DNA from: Parcubacteria group bacterium
GTDB taxonomy: Bacteria; Patescibacteriota; Minisyncoccia; Phycocordibacterales; CSBR16-119
DNA length: 64,000 nucleotides
Direction of reading: 5' to 3'
Assembly: GCA_943356745.1 (NCBI GenBank)
Contig: CALRFT010000004.1
Coordinates: 16,269 to 80,268 of the forward strand
Below the pieces are notes generated by a model. The model saw only the letters and a program-made list of their open reading frames with translations. It searched no databases and was not told where the DNA came from. Shown here one piece after another: positions 63,854-64,000 of the stretch (positions are counted from its first letter, which is position 1; every line of letters begins with the position of its first letter). The position numbers and the translations under genes are program-made.

Positions 63854-64000
63854 GATTGTAAGGGTTTTAAATTTACAAAAATTATATCACACATAAAATT
63901 AATTTGTCAAGTTATTTCTGCTTACTTTTTTCACGGTATAATAAAAATATTATTAATATTAAATATTTATTTATGTTACTCATTCTTTTGCAAATTATTG

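Overview
This 64-kb window comes from a low-GC (about 33%), gene-dense bacterial chromosome that looks like a Candidate Phyla Radiation (Patescibacteria-type) genome. The genes are small, there are few strong Shine-Dalgarno sites, long gene strings run in one direction, and nearly every gene ends in a hairpin/T-run terminator. The standard genetic code appears to be in use.

The window contains the chromosomal replication origin: rpmH-rnpA-yidD-yidC-jag on the minus strand diverges from dnaA-dnaN on the plus strand. DnaA boxes and an AT-rich unwinding element lie in the dnaA-dnaN spacer.

Recognisable housekeeping genes include rsmA, uvrD/pcrA, comM, rpsO, a XerC/D-type recombinase, xth, cca, hup, rny, jag, yidC, yidD, rnpA, rpmH, dnaA, dnaN, class A PBP, tyrS, ruvC, a GspE/PilB-type ATPase, ruvB, a short yebC, tsaE, polA, a holA-like gene, a DsbB plus thioredoxin-fold pair, a TrmB-like regulator, msrB and tspO. 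Four tRNAs are present: Gly-GCC, Arg-TCG, Pro-TGG and Gly-TCC.

Five accessory or unusual blocks stand out:
1. A type IV secretion / conjugation-like operon at the left edge: VirB4-like start, PrgI/VirB3-like, VirB6/TrbL-like polytopic protein, a 936-aa Gly-rich secreted protein, a Ca-binding DxDxDG-repeat protein and a pilin-like peptide. A 1166-aa coiled-coil membrane protein may belong to the same operon.
2. A tRNA-flanked islet (25.9-27.4 kb) saturated with a GTTTCAC-N-TGAAAC palindrome family and nested DnaA-box-like palindromes.
3. Two giant repeat-rich surface proteins (44.3-49.1 kb).
4. A 1.45-kb gene-free island (55.9-57.4 kb) with a promoter-to-terminator CU-rich transcript and three tandem promoter/hairpin/terminator sRNA-like units. 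It sits between a TrmB-like regulator and a MmeI-type IIG restriction-modification enzyme followed by a DinJ-YafQ toxin-antitoxin pair.
5. Identical GC-rich hairpins reused as bidirectional terminators at 61.4-63.5 kb.

Several short genes are missing from the ORF track: rpmH, a 32-aa membrane peptide and a 43-aa hyper-acidic peptide. Promoter-to-terminator ncRNA candidates lie at 43.35-43.59 kb and 53.50-53.63 kb.

Coordinates of features not in the ORF track are hand-derived and may be off by a few nt. The ORF track reports the first possible TTG/GTG/ATG as M, so several starts are reassigned to internal ATGs.
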